The notes under the pieces: generated by a model
What the model was told of the DNA's origin: nothing
The model's input: only the letters and a program-made list of their open reading frames with translations
The model's database searches: none
Made by a program: the position numbers and the translations under genes
DNA from: an uncultured Putridiphycobacter sp.
GTDB taxonomy: Bacteria > Bacteroidota > Bacteroidia > Flavobacteriales_D > Crocinitomicaceae
Reading direction: 5' to 3'
Assembly: GCA_965367695.1 (NCBI GenBank)
Contig: CBDUKB010000001.1
Coordinates: forward strand, 3,485-67,484
Length of the DNA: 64,000 nucleotides
Shown here: positions 20,843 to 30,397 of the stretch, one piece after another
Numbering within the stretch: the first letter of the stretch is position 1
Layout of the letters: each line of letters starts with the position of its first letter

Positions 20843-21877
20843 CTATTTTGTAAGCATCTCACCACAAAGTGATAAATTTAACAGCGCGATTCTTGCTTCT
20901 TTGTCATTGGTTCTTCCCAATACATACATCAATTTTGTAAGTGCGGCCTCTGTGGTTAAATCTACTCCATTGATGACCCCTAATTTATTAAAAATTTCAC
21001 TTGTTTCATATTTTCCAAATACTACTTTTCCTTTTATACATTGGGTGATGTTTAACACCAATCCTCCTGCTTCAATATATGCGGCTAAAATATCATTAAA
21101 AGCAGTTGAACTAAATATATTCCCACTTCCAAATGTTTCCAATACAATGGCCTCATTCACTGCAACATCAAACAGGCTTTTTATTGATAAAATCGACATG
21201 CTCGGGAACAATTTTACCAATCCCACTTTGGTGTTGAAGTCTGTAAAGACTTCTAACTTTGGGGCAACGGTTCTAAACAATTCTAATTCATCAAACTCTA
21301 TTTCTACCCCAGCAGCTGCTAAATTTGGGTAGTTCGGAGAATCAAAAGCTTCAAAGGCATTGGCACTTATTTTTGAAGCACGATTTCCGCGATATAAATG
21401 ATATTCAAAATAAACAGCTACTTCTTGTATAATTGGCTCATCATGAATATCAGTCATTCCTGCAATTTCAATGGCAGTTATTAAATTTTCTTTTCCGTCA
21501 GTTCTAATTTTTCCAATGGGTAATTGAGAACCTGTTAAAATTACTGGCTTTTTTAAGCCCAATAACATAAAACTTAAAGCCGAAGCAGTATAGGCCATGG
21601 TGTCAGACCCATGAAGTATAACAAACCCATCATAATCTTCGTATTTCGATTCAATTAAATTGGCTAAAAATGCCCAATTTGCTGCATTCATTTCCGAAGA
21701 GTCAATTGGAATATCAAATGAAATAACATCTAATTGATAATCGATTTGTTTCAATTCTGGTATGTTATTGTATAAATGCTTAAAATTAATCGACTTCAAC
21801 GCGCCTGTTTTAGGATCGTTGATCATACCAATTGTGCCACCAGTATAAATAATTAAAACTTTAGGGTTTTGCTCCAT
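20843..21877 (-). CDS. ansA: Type I L-asparaginase
   Basis: IYTGGTIGM, HGSDTMAY, LTGSQ, TTEAALTKL. Confidence 0.92.
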   Translation of the reverse strand: MEQNPKVLIIYTGGTIGMINDPKTGALKSINFKHLYNNIPELKQIDYQLDVISFDIPIDSSEMNAANWAFLANLIESKYEDYDGFVILHGSDTMAYTASALSFMLLGLKKPVILTGSQLPIGKIRTDGKENLITAIEIAGMTDIHDEPIIQEVAVYFEYHLYRGNRASKISANAFEAFDSPNYPNLAAAGVEIEFDELELFRTVAPKLEVFTDFNTKVGLVKLFPSMSILSIKSLFDVAVNEAIVLETFGSGNIFSSTAFNDILAAYIEAGGLVLNITQCIKGKVVFGKYETSEIFNKLGVINGVDLTTEAALTKLMYVLGRTNDKEARIALLNLSLCGEMLTK

Positions 21878-22000
21878 CTTATTAGTACAATAATAATTAA
21901 TGAAATTTAATTGACAAGTTAAATTTCTTTTATGTGTAAGTAATGTTTATTTAAATGTATACTTTTTTGTCTATAACATTTAATTGCTTTGGGTTCAAAT

Positions 22001-22774
22001 TTACAATTGACCAAATATTGTAAATGCGTTTTTATTGGTTTGTTCTGCAATTGTCTTGGCATCTACTTGAAAAATTTCTCCCAATTTATCAGCTACTTTT
22101 ATTAAATATGCACTTTCATTTCTCTTCCCTCTAAAAGGGGTCGGTGCTAAATAAGGTGAATCGGTTTCAAGGACTAAATCTTTTAAACTTAATTGAGCCA
22201 CTACTTTGTCTAGTCCTGAATTTTTAAAAGTCAAAACACCTCCTAATCCCAATTTAAACCCACCATAGTCTAATATTTTTTTTGCTTGGTCTAGATTTCC
22301 GGTGAAACAATGAAATATTCCTGTCAAACTTGCATCATTTACTTCGTCTAATACTTCAAACACTTCATCAAAAGCATCACGAACGTGAATGACAATGGGT
22401 AATTTTAGTTTTTTTGCCCATTCAATTTGAATTTTAAAGGCTGCTTTTTGAAGGGGGAGGGTTGATTTATCCCAATACAAATCAATGCCAATTTCTCCGA
22501 TAGCAATAATCGGTTGACTTTTAATTGCAGTTTCAATTTTTTCGAGTACTGCTGCATAATCGGCTTCAACTGAACAAGGATGAAGCCCTAGCATAGGATA
22601 ACATTGTTTTGGATACGCCTTAGTCAACGCAATCATTTTTGGAATGGATTCCAAATCAATATTTGGTAAGAGAAATTTTTGAACGCCATTTTCTATGGCT
22701 CTTTGCATCATTTCTTGTCGGTCATATATAAATTCGTCGACATATAAATGGGTATGTGTATCAATAAAAAACAT
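22001..22774 (-). CDS. tatD: TatD family hydrolase (probable start MFFIDTHTH)
   Basis: DTHTH, GLHP, GEIGID, IHVR, HCFTG, ETDSPYL. Confidence 0.93.
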   Translation of the reverse strand: MFFIDTHTHLYVDEFIYDRQEMMQRAIENGVQKFLLPNIDLESIPKMIALTKAYPKQCYPMLGLHPCSVEADYAAVLEKIETAIKSQPIIAIGEIGIDLYWDKSTLPLQKAAFKIQIEWAKKLKLPIVIHVRDAFDEVFEVLDEVNDASLTGIFHCFTGNLDQAKKILDYGGFKLGLGGVLTFKNSGLDKVVAQLSLKDLVLETDSPYLAPTPFRGKRNESAYLIKVADKLGEIFQVDAKTIAEQTNKNAFTIFGQL

Positions 22775-22779
22775 AATAA

Positions 22780-23643
22780 TTAGTCCCAATCAGGGCAAGA
22801 ACCGCATCCATTTTTTTGTCGGCTGTATAAAAATATTCCAGCAACCAATTGCCAGTCTGCATATAAAAATTGTTGTTTGGCGCGGTGACTTGAGTTTTTA
22901 ATAGTATTTAAGTTAGGCAAGTTTATATAGCCCCCCGACCAATTAGATTGGACAAAAAAGCGGTTAAAAAAATCAGCGCGAATACCTGTGTGAATGGAAG
23001 CACCAAAACCGGTTACTTTTAAATCGGTATGGTAGTCTTGATCGTTCCAATTAAAATCAGTTTGCGTAATCACACCTCCTAAACCAACGCCTACTCTTCT
23101 TTGTAAATAAAATTTTCTATTTTTTGAACGATAAAAATATTCGGTATTGTTTATTTGAACAGAAATGTAATTTAATCCATTGGAATTTTCGTATTGAATA
23201 GCTTTTGTGCTCATGTACTTTAAATCATTATCAAAAGTTCCACTTAAAAAAGCATTACTGGTATCGTCTATGTACCCAGAAATGTAGGCCGATTGATTAT
23301 CTGTCATCACGTATTTCATATGGTCGTATCCAATAGAAATGTCCCAATGTGGTTTGTAAGTATAACCTAAACGGATATTGAATTGTGGAACAGAAAGCGT
23401 TTTAGGATTGAAGTAAGTTCGAAAATTATTTTCAGGCTTATCATGCGCCAATGCTTTGTTCACTGTAAAATCGTAACCTGGCCCTTTGAACTGGATATCA
23501 CTTTTTGTATAAATAGAACGGTTGTATCCCCAATAAAAATAAAGGGCTCCCTTTTGTACAGCTTGCTTTTTTTTAAAGGAATAATTTTGGCTGTATCCCA
23601 CTGATAAAAAACAAATAAACAAAAAGCAAAGGAATTTTTTCAT
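22780..23643 (-). CDS. Predicted outer-membrane beta-barrel protein with a C-terminal CxxC tail
   Basis: Signal peptide; alternating aromatic beta-strands (FYWGYNR, FNIRLGY, ISIGYDH); ends ...GIFLYSRQKNGCGSCPDWD. Confidence 0.6.
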   Translation of the reverse strand: MKKFLCFLFICFLSVGYSQNYSFKKKQAVQKGALYFYWGYNRSIYTKSDIQFKGPGYDFTVNKALAHDKPENNFRTYFNPKTLSVPQFNIRLGYTYKPHWDISIGYDHMKYVMTDNQSAYISGYIDDTSNAFLSGTFDNDLKYMSTKAIQYENSNGLNYISVQINNTEYFYRSKNRKFYLQRRVGVGLGGVITQTDFNWNDQDYHTDLKVTGFGASIHTGIRADFFNRFFVQSNWSGGYINLPNLNTIKNSSHRAKQQFLYADWQLVAGIFLYSRQKNGCGSCPDWD

Positions 23644-23702
23644 AATTTAGTTTATTGCATAACGCATAACTGTTTCAAAATTACGAACTATTTTTAACCT
23701 AC

Positions 23703-24065
23703 ATGGCAAATCACAATGAAATTGGAAAAATAGGCGAAGAATTGGCCCATGCCTTTTTAGTAAAAAAGGGATATAAAGTGTTAGCAAGTAACTATCGTTT
23801 TAAGCATTTGGAAATTGACTTAGTTTGCGAAAAGGACCATACTTTGGTTGTAGTGGAAGTTAAAACCAGACAAAGTTCTTATTTGGCAGGACCAGAAGAT
23901 ACGGTTTCTAAAACCAAACAAAAGGGAATAATAAAATGTGCCAATGCTTACATTATAGAACATGAAATAGATTTGGAAACAAGGTTCGACATCATCTCTA
24001 TTATTTTAAATGCAAAGGGGACACATATTGATCATATTGAAGATGCCTTTTATCCATTGAGATAA
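23703..24065 (+). CDS. YraN family (UPF0102) putative endonuclease
   Basis: GKIGEELA, EIDLV, VEVKTR, RFDII. Confidence 0.93.
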   Translation: MANHNEIGKIGEELAHAFLVKKGYKVLASNYRFKHLEIDLVCEKDHTLVVVEVKTRQSSYLAGPEDTVSKTKQKGIIKCANAYIIEHEIDLETRFDIISIILNAKGTHIDHIEDAFYPLR

Positions 24066-24092
24066 AAAAAAGGCCAAACCTAAATTTGACCC
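24064..24092 (-). terminator. Terminator of the DUF3108 gene
   Basis: Minus strand GGGTCAAA-loop-TTTGGCC followed by T8. Confidence 0.55.
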
Positions 24093-24122
24093 CTTATCTA
24101 CTATTTATTAAACTTTTGCTAT

Positions 24123-24914
24123 TTAGCTAACTTTAGCCATAGAATTTTTTAGGTTTTCCCAACTAACTAAATGCATTTTTAAAGAACCGACCTTAATTTT
24201 TGCTTTCGCCAAAATTGGAATTCTATTTGCATCATCAGTAATCCATACAGTTAAATCTTCTTCACTGTTAAATACTCTTCCTTCTTGCACGACTGGGACA
24301 AATTTTAAACACCTGAATTTTCCTTCTTTAATTTTTACAGTTTCTTTTCCTTTGAATTTTATTTTGGTTGGATAAAGTTCATTGTCTAAAAATATATTGA
24401 CAGTAAACACATCACCAATTTTTGCATTTGAATAATCAATTGTTCTTGCGTAGTAAAAAGAGGATAACATATCTTGAACCATGGCAGGCACTTTGAATTT
24501 TTTACCTTCTCCATTATCTACCACTTTTTTGTGCTGATAAAACGTATAGTCTTGGTTTATTTTATAACCACCTTCATTTACTCTTCTAATAAACAACCAA
24601 GGGAACATACCTTCAGCATCCATATGTGACTCGTAAACATCATTGACCTTATAGAACCATTCGAATGCAGAGATTGTTCTTCCAACGCCCCTTACACGCC
24701 ATACTTTTCTGCCTTGAATTGATTTATTCGACTCTTCTACACTTAGGACAGCTTCGCCTGCATCTAAGATGCCATAGGACAATCGATAGGTTAATTTTTC
24801 ACCAGGTTGAAATGCGGTGTTGTTTACTTTTCTATATGGAGTAGTTTCTCCAGCTTGTATATTGAAACCGAACCCAGTCACAAACAAAGCTAATAGTAGG
24901 ATGGTAGTTTTCAT
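24123..24914 (-). CDS. DUF3108 family exported protein
   Basis: Signal peptide; AFQPGEKLTY, WFYKVNDVYES, QDMLSSFYYAR, WITDDANRIP. Confidence 0.85.
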   Translation of the reverse strand: MKTTILLLALFVTGFGFNIQAGETTPYRKVNNTAFQPGEKLTYRLSYGILDAGEAVLSVEESNKSIQGRKVWRVRGVGRTISAFEWFYKVNDVYESHMDAEGMFPWLFIRRVNEGGYKINQDYTFYQHKKVVDNGEGKKFKVPAMVQDMLSSFYYARTIDYSNAKIGDVFTVNIFLDNELYPTKIKFKGKETVKIKEGKFRCLKFVPVVQEGRVFNSEEDLTVWITDDANRIPILAKAKIKVGSLKMHLVSWENLKNSMAKVS

Positions 24915-24944
24915 ATTATTAATTTTTGGTTACACAAAGGTATT

Positions 24945-24960
24945 TGCAAATCCAATGCCA
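24945..24960 (-). promoter_or_regulatory. Sigma-54 (-24/-12) promoter upstream of the DUF3108 gene
   Basis: TGGCATTGGATTTGCA = GG-N10-GC; an adjacent TACCTTTG -7 element lies at 24935-24942. Confidence 0.6.
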
Positions 24961-25039
24961 AACTTTTAATTTCAGTTTCTATCAGTACGATTTGGGAAAT
25001 ATTTTTGGAAAGCTCAATTTTATTCCTTACCTTGTTCGT

Positions 25040-25100
25040 CGAGTAAGTAGTTTTTTTCATTTCAATCGAAAGAGTTCAATTTTATAGTTGGGCTCTTTCC
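25040..25100 (+). ncRNA. Candidate small regulatory RNA
   Basis: TTTG(25004-07)-N20-TACCTTGT(25028-35) promoter on + with no + gene nearby; unpaired AGUAGUUUUUUUCAUUUC; 14-bp hairpin 25068-25099 with three G-U pairs that form only on +. Confidence 0.45.
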
Positions 25101-25103
25101 ATG

Positions 25104-26090
25104 TTAAATAAGAAACCTTTCAAGGGCTTTCTTAACAAAATCGACTTTAATTTTCAATTTTTCATTTCTTTCAGAAATGGTTTTTTCTTCTAAAATTAAA
25201 ACATGTTCTCCCAGTGGTTGCCACCTTCCAAAATGCAGGGGTTTTCGAGGCGTAAACAATCCAATAGTTTTAATATTTGAGAGACCTGCAATGTGTAGCG
25301 GTCCCGTACTGGCAGCCATTAATCCATCAGCTGCATGAATAAAAGCAATGAGTTCATTTAAATTCATTTGCCCTGATAAATCGTGAATATGGGGCATGTT
25401 TGGCAGTTTTGATCGAAAGGAAGTTCCTTCTTCTTCGGTTCCTGTAAAAAACACTTCATATTTGGTCAATTCTTTTGCCAATTCGATAAAGTTTTCTACA
25501 CCCCATTCCAATGCACTTCCCTTTGATTTCGGATGAAAAATAAGGTTCTTTTTATCCTTTGAAAGTAGGGCTTTAAATGATGGAGGTAGTGCTGGTATTT
25601 TTGTAAAACCCGTTTGTTTTGATAGTGTTTTTAAAGAATATATTTTGTTTATTCCTAAGGGTTTTAAAAGTTTAATATTCAATTGAGATTCGTGTAAAAG
25701 TGCTTTTTTCCTCGAAAAGTTGACCCGATAATTACAGGTTAACAAATGAAATAAACGGTGAGAAGTACCTATTCTGTATTTGACTTTTGCCTTTTGGGCT
25801 AGCCTGGCAATTTCTCGACGTGGAAACACGTGAATAAACACATCAACATTTTGGTTTTTAAGCCATTTAATTTGAGCTTGGTCCTCCATTTTTTGAAGTT
25901 CTGCCCATTGCCAAATCTCATCAACATGCGTACTACAATTGATAATGGGTTGGGTATAGGTATTGCCTAAAAAAATAATGGTTGCTTTAGGGAATTTAGC
26001 TTTAAGAATACCGACCATTGGAAGTGTTAAGGCAACATCTCCAATGCTATCTGTTCTACTAATTACAATTTTTTTAACCCCTTTGATCAC
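25104..26090 (-). CDS. Glycosyltransferase family 9 (heptosyltransferase-like)
   Basis: RTDSIGDVALTLP, FHPKS...W, DLSGQMNLNEL, STGPLHIA. Confidence 0.9.
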   Translation of the reverse strand: MIKGVKKIVISRTDSIGDVALTLPMVGILKAKFPKATIIFLGNTYTQPIINCSTHVDEIWQWAELQKMEDQAQIKWLKNQNVDVFIHVFPRREIARLAQKAKVKYRIGTSHRLFHLLTCNYRVNFSRKKALLHESQLNIKLLKPLGINKIYSLKTLSKQTGFTKIPALPPSFKALLSKDKKNLIFHPKSKGSALEWGVENFIELAKELTKYEVFFTGTEEEGTSFRSKLPNMPHIHDLSGQMNLNELIAFIHAADGLMAASTGPLHIAGLSNIKTIGLFTPRKPLHFGRWQPLGEHVLILEEKTISERNEKLKIKVDFVKKALERFLI

Positions 26091-26838
26091 GTTTTAATGC
26101 CTTAATTTTTTTGTATTTTAAATAAGCCGCATAACTAGATTTAACAGAAATTATCCAACCAGCTTTGCCATCTAAAAAACCAAATTTAATAAAATAACAT
26201 TTAATGAATTTTAAGAAAGGGCTTAAATATTCTTGCATGAAAAAAGTTGATTTTCCTTTATCAACATGTGTTTTGGCAGCAATATTTGTAAAGTATTCTA
26301 TTTGCTTATCATGGTCTTCGGGTTGGTGATAACTATAATGCAATATATCGCCTTTTAAAAATCCAAGTTGAGCGTTTTTGTCAAATAATTTAAATTCATC
26401 ATGTGGATTTTCACCTGTCCATTCTCCACTACCTTTTTTCCAAAGTCGAAGTTTTGTGTCGGGGTACCATCCTGTATGCTTGATCCATGTTCCACAATAA
26501 TTTGTCAGTCTATTCATGGTATAACCAGGAAATTCATTTTTTGTCTTCACCGCTAAAATAGCTTGTTTTAAGTTTTCATCTAATGCTTCGTCAGCATCTA
26601 AGGATAAAATCAACTCAAAATTTGCTTGGTCTTTTGCCCAGTTTTTTTGTTCAATATGCCCATCAAATTTATGCGGAATAAAAGTGGTCCCATATTTTTT
26701 ACAAATACTTTCGGTGCCATCCGTTGAAAAACTGTCAACGACTATGATTTCATCTGCTACACCATTTAATGAAGCCAAACAAGTATTGATGTTTTTTTCT
26801 TCATTAAAAGTGATAATCACAACTGAAAGTTTTGACAT
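26074..26838 (-). CDS. Glycosyltransferase family 2 (LPS beta-1,4-glucosyltransferase-like)
   Basis: LSVVIITFNEE, VDSFSTDGT, LDADE, GFLDGKAG. Confidence 0.9.
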   Translation of the reverse strand: MSKLSVVIITFNEEKNINTCLASLNGVADEIIVVDSFSTDGTESICKKYGTTFIPHKFDGHIEQKNWAKDQANFELILSLDADEALDENLKQAILAVKTKNEFPGYTMNRLTNYCGTWIKHTGWYPDTKLRLWKKGSGEWTGENPHDEFKLFDKNAQLGFLKGDILHYSYHQPEDHDKQIEYFTNIAAKTHVDKGKSTFFMQEYLSPFLKFIKCYFIKFGFLDGKAGWIISVKSSYAAYLKYKKIKALKRDQRG

Positions 26839-26843
26839 GGCTT

Positions 26844-27557
26844 TTATTTATTTGAAAGGGCTAAAGATTTTACATATTGGTGGTAACTGTCATCAATAAA
26901 AACAACTGTAGTATCTAACACTTCATTTAATGCTTTAAAAAAAGCTGCTTGCTCTTCCTCAGGAATGACATTTAAATTCAAAAATAAATTAAGGTCTTTT
27001 TTATACCTAAAATTAAGCATGTTTTGGTAAACTTCTACCCGTTTTAAGCCCTTGTAATAGTATAAATGCATTTCTCTATCAAAGTATGCCACAAAGGTGG
27101 GTGAAACACCAATTTTAAAGTCTTTTGATTTAATTCTAAGCACAATTAAATAGGCGATACTCTCTAAAAGTAAAACTGAAATGATAAGCAGTAAAGGCAA
27201 GGTTAACAGATCTGAATCAAGTTTTTGAATTAAAAAAAGAACCATTAAAAAAAAGCCTCCAAATAGCATTTCTATTCCTATAAAAACACTACTCAAGTTA
27301 ATTTGATTTTTAGCTATGGGAACTTCAAAAATAAATTGTTTGAAATTGCGAATATCAGTCCGACCATTAAGTCTTCTTTTGACACGTATTAAGTTAAGGA
27401 GTAAAAATAATATTGAAATACCATAAACAATGGCTTTGATGTTTGGAATATCATTGATTTCATAAACCGAAAACCCAAGGTCATAGATGGAACCAATTGC
27501 AAAAAACCCAAATAGGATAAACAATAATAAACTGAAAAGATTGACTACTTTATTCAT
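26844..27557 (-). CDS. Hypothetical membrane protein (about 4 TM plus a soluble C-terminal domain)
   Basis: Hydrophobicity pattern; tightly packed in the operon. Confidence 0.6.
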   Translation of the reverse strand: MNKVVNLFSLLLFILFGFFAIGSIYDLGFSVYEINDIPNIKAIVYGISILFLLLNLIRVKRRLNGRTDIRNFKQFIFEVPIAKNQINLSSVFIGIEMLFGGFFLMVLFLIQKLDSDLLTLPLLLIISVLLLESIAYLIVLRIKSKDFKIGVSPTFVAYFDREMHLYYYKGLKRVEVYQNMLNFRYKKDLNLFLNLNVIPEEEQAAFFKALNEVLDTTVVFIDDSYHQYVKSLALSNK

Positions 27558-29272
27558 TCGCTTTCTTGGTCGTAATTATTCAATAAGTTTAGTTTCAATT
27601 TAAAACTGCTAATATCTTTTTCAATATTGGCTACTTTTTGCATCACTGATTTTAACATGGGATTGCTTTCATCTGTATTTGCAAAAAAGCTTAAGTTGGT
27701 TTCAACTTGTGATTTTTCTTTTATTTTTTCATCAATTTTATTCCGCAAAAAATAAACTTCCTTGTCTAATTCTTTATCAACATTCGGACTATTATAAATG
27801 GATTCAATTTTAGCAGCATACATTATTTTTTCTTTTTCTACTGCATCCATTTCAATGGCATCATATTTTTCGTTTAATGCTTTTTTAAATGCGCTATAAA
27901 TTCTATCTTTTTCTTTAAAAGGGACGTTGCCTATGGCATTAAATTCTTTTGATAAAGGTTGTAAGTCTTTGATTGCTGAAGCTGAATCCTTTGGAATTTT
28001 ATAAGCTTCAACTTTTTTAATCAATGCTTCTTTGGCTTCCAAATTTCCAGCGTTTGCTTTGTCTAAGGATTCAAAATGGGCATCTTTCTTTGCGAAAAAC
28101 GCATCAATTGGTGCACGAAATTTTTTCCAGAGTTTGTTTTCATTACGCTGTCCTGCAGAGCCTAGTTTTTTCCACTCTTTTTGAATGTTGACAATAAACT
28201 TTGTTGTTTCATTCCATTCTTCAGAATCTTTAATGGCATTTACTTTTTCAATCAAAGCCATTTTTTGGTCCTTGATTTTATCAAAATCAGCATTAATATC
28301 TTTAAAAAATTCATTTTTAGCATCAAAAAATTGATCACATTTGGCCCTAAATCCTTTCCAAACAATTTCGTTTTCCTTTTTAGGCCCGAATCCTATTTTT
28401 TTCCAATCATTCTGAATGGCTATAATTTTATCGGTGACTGATTTCCAATCTTTAGAAGTTTCACAAGGAATCGCCAATAATTCATCTAAAGTGTCGATTA
28501 AAGCAAGTTTTTTAAGGATATTTTCTTTTTGCTCAATTCTTTTACCATCATAAAACTCTTTAATTCTATTATAAATAGCATTTACAGTATCCCAATAGTC
28601 GGTTTTTAAAGTTTCCCAAGCTGAAGCGGTGGTCCCTCCAATATCATTCCATTCATCTTGTAATAGATGTAATTTTTGCTCAACTGTTTTAATACTTTTT
28701 TCATCAGCCAATGCTTTTAATTTAGCCACTACAGCTTCTTTTAAACCTGCATTTTTAGTCAAGTCATGGTCTTTAATTTCTTTATAAATATTGATATTAT
28801 ATTGAAATTCATCCATTAAATTTGAATAGTCTTTTTGAATTTCCTGACGGAAGTTTCTAGGAATAGGCCCCACACTGCGCCATTTTTCTTGAATGGACTG
28901 AATAGTTTGAATAGCTTTTCCAATGTGTTCTTCTTCTTGAATTAAAGTTTTTAAGTCTTTAATCAATTGTTTTTTCACACTTAAGTTATTCTCTTCCGCC
29001 AATTTTTTTTCCTCAATAACTACCTTTTTTTTACTTTTAAAATCATGTTGAATTGTCTTGAATTTATCCACCAATTCATCTACTGGTTTTTCAATTGATT
29101 CAGCTTGCTCACCAGCTTCAATTCTATTTAATTTTTCAACTTCAAATAGCCGTTCCTCTTCATTAATGATTTTATAGAATTCATCTGTTAAGGTTTTAAA
29201 TTCTTCGTTCACACTCAATATATCTTCCTGCGCTAACAATGTTTCTAATTTTTCAATAATTTCAGTCTTCAT
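27554..29272 (-). CDS. DUF349 repeat protein
   Basis: Repeated 'Q..W..IG.......W..F....D.FF' helical units. Confidence 0.88.
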   Translation of the reverse strand: MKTEIIEKLETLLAQEDILSVNEEFKTLTDEFYKIINEEERLFEVEKLNRIEAGEQAESIEKPVDELVDKFKTIQHDFKSKKKVVIEEKKLAEENNLSVKKQLIKDLKTLIQEEEHIGKAIQTIQSIQEKWRSVGPIPRNFRQEIQKDYSNLMDEFQYNINIYKEIKDHDLTKNAGLKEAVVAKLKALADEKSIKTVEQKLHLLQDEWNDIGGTTASAWETLKTDYWDTVNAIYNRIKEFYDGKRIEQKENILKKLALIDTLDELLAIPCETSKDWKSVTDKIIAIQNDWKKIGFGPKKENEIVWKGFRAKCDQFFDAKNEFFKDINADFDKIKDQKMALIEKVNAIKDSEEWNETTKFIVNIQKEWKKLGSAGQRNENKLWKKFRAPIDAFFAKKDAHFESLDKANAGNLEAKEALIKKVEAYKIPKDSASAIKDLQPLSKEFNAIGNVPFKEKDRIYSAFKKALNEKYDAIEMDAVEKEKIMYAAKIESIYNSPNVDKELDKEVYFLRNKIDEKIKEKSQVETNLSFFANTDESNPMLKSVMQKVANIEKDISSFKLKLNLLNNYDQESE

Positions 29273-29354
29273 GCTTTTAAAGTTTATTCAATGGTTTTGT
29301 CGACCATTTGATAGGAAAAAATACACCTGTTATTTTAAGGTGATTGATTTATTA

Positions 29355-30278
29355 TTATTTTGTAATTGTAAAATCCATTAAATCTACGAATTCTAACATT
29401 CTATCGTAAATTTCAGTTTGGTTTAAGCTTTCAATTCTTTCTGTTCCGAATAATTCAACACAAAAAGACGCCATTGCAGAACCTGCAATAATTGCACGTT
29501 TCATATTTTCAAAAGAAATATCTTCTGTTTTAGCTAGATATCCCATGAATCCACCTGCAAAAGTATCACCTGCTCCGGTTGGATCAAATACTTCTTCTAA
29601 TGGAAGAGCAGGTGCAAAAAACACTTTTTCTTCATTAAATAATAGTGCTCCATGCTCTCCTTTTTTAATGATAAGGTAAGTTGGTCCCATTGTTAATATT
29701 TTTTTGGCAGCTTTTCTCAAAGAGTATTCACCCGACAATTGTCTTGCTTCTTCGTCGTTGATGATTAAAACATCTACTAATTTGATGGTGTTATGAACCT
29801 CTTCCATCATAATATCCATCCAAAAATTCATGGTATCTAAGGCTATTAATTTCGGACGTTCTTCTAATCTTTCAATTACTTGACGTTGCACAGTTGGTGC
29901 TAAGTTTCCTAACATTAAGTATTCTACTCCTTGGTATGAAGCCGGAATTATTGGATCAAATTTTTCCAATACATTCAATTCAGTCACCAAAGTGTCTCTT
30001 GAATTCATATCGTTATGATATTTACCCGACCAGAAAAAAGTTTTTTCTCCATCTTTCACTTGTAAACCTTCTATATCTATACCTCTTGATTTTAAATCGA
30101 GTAAAGTTTCCTTTGGAAAATCATCTCCAACAACTGAAACTATTTTTTGATCTTTAGCGAAATAAGATGCTGAAATAGAAATGTATGTAGCTGCGCCACC
30201 TACAATTTTATCCGTTTTTCCAAATGGGGTCTCAATGGCATCAAAGGCAACACTGCCAACTGTTAATAATGAACTCAT
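29355..30278 (-). CDS. PfkB family carbohydrate kinase
   Basis: GGAATY, VVGDDF, KKGEHGA, DPTGAGDTFAGG; TATATTTG at 30299-30306. Confidence 0.92.
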   Translation of the reverse strand: MSSLLTVGSVAFDAIETPFGKTDKIVGGAATYISISASYFAKDQKIVSVVGDDFPKETLLDLKSRGIDIEGLQVKDGEKTFFWSGKYHNDMNSRDTLVTELNVLEKFDPIIPASYQGVEYLMLGNLAPTVQRQVIERLEERPKLIALDTMNFWMDIMMEEVHNTIKLVDVLIINDEEARQLSGEYSLRKAAKKILTMGPTYLIIKKGEHGALLFNEEKVFFAPALPLEEVFDPTGAGDTFAGGFMGYLAKTEDISFENMKRAIIAGSAMASFCVELFGTERIESLNQTEIYDRMLEFVDLMDFTITK

Positions 30279-30397
30279 ATTATATAATTGTTTGATTGCA
30301 AATATAATTACTTTTTAAGATAGACTTCAACAAAAACACGAGCAATTACACTTTATTATTACCTTAGCTTTCCACCCATTTAGAATTAATATAATAA

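Noticed and set aside
21902-21927. GAAATTTAA-N8-TTAAATTTC inverted repeat upstream of ansA
   Set aside because: Almost entirely A/T in an AT-rich genome; cannot be distinguished from chance or a weak terminator
27554-29272. Repetitive pattern in the 572-aa protein
   Set aside because: Explained by ordinary DUF349 repeats; not a DNA repeat array or CRISPR
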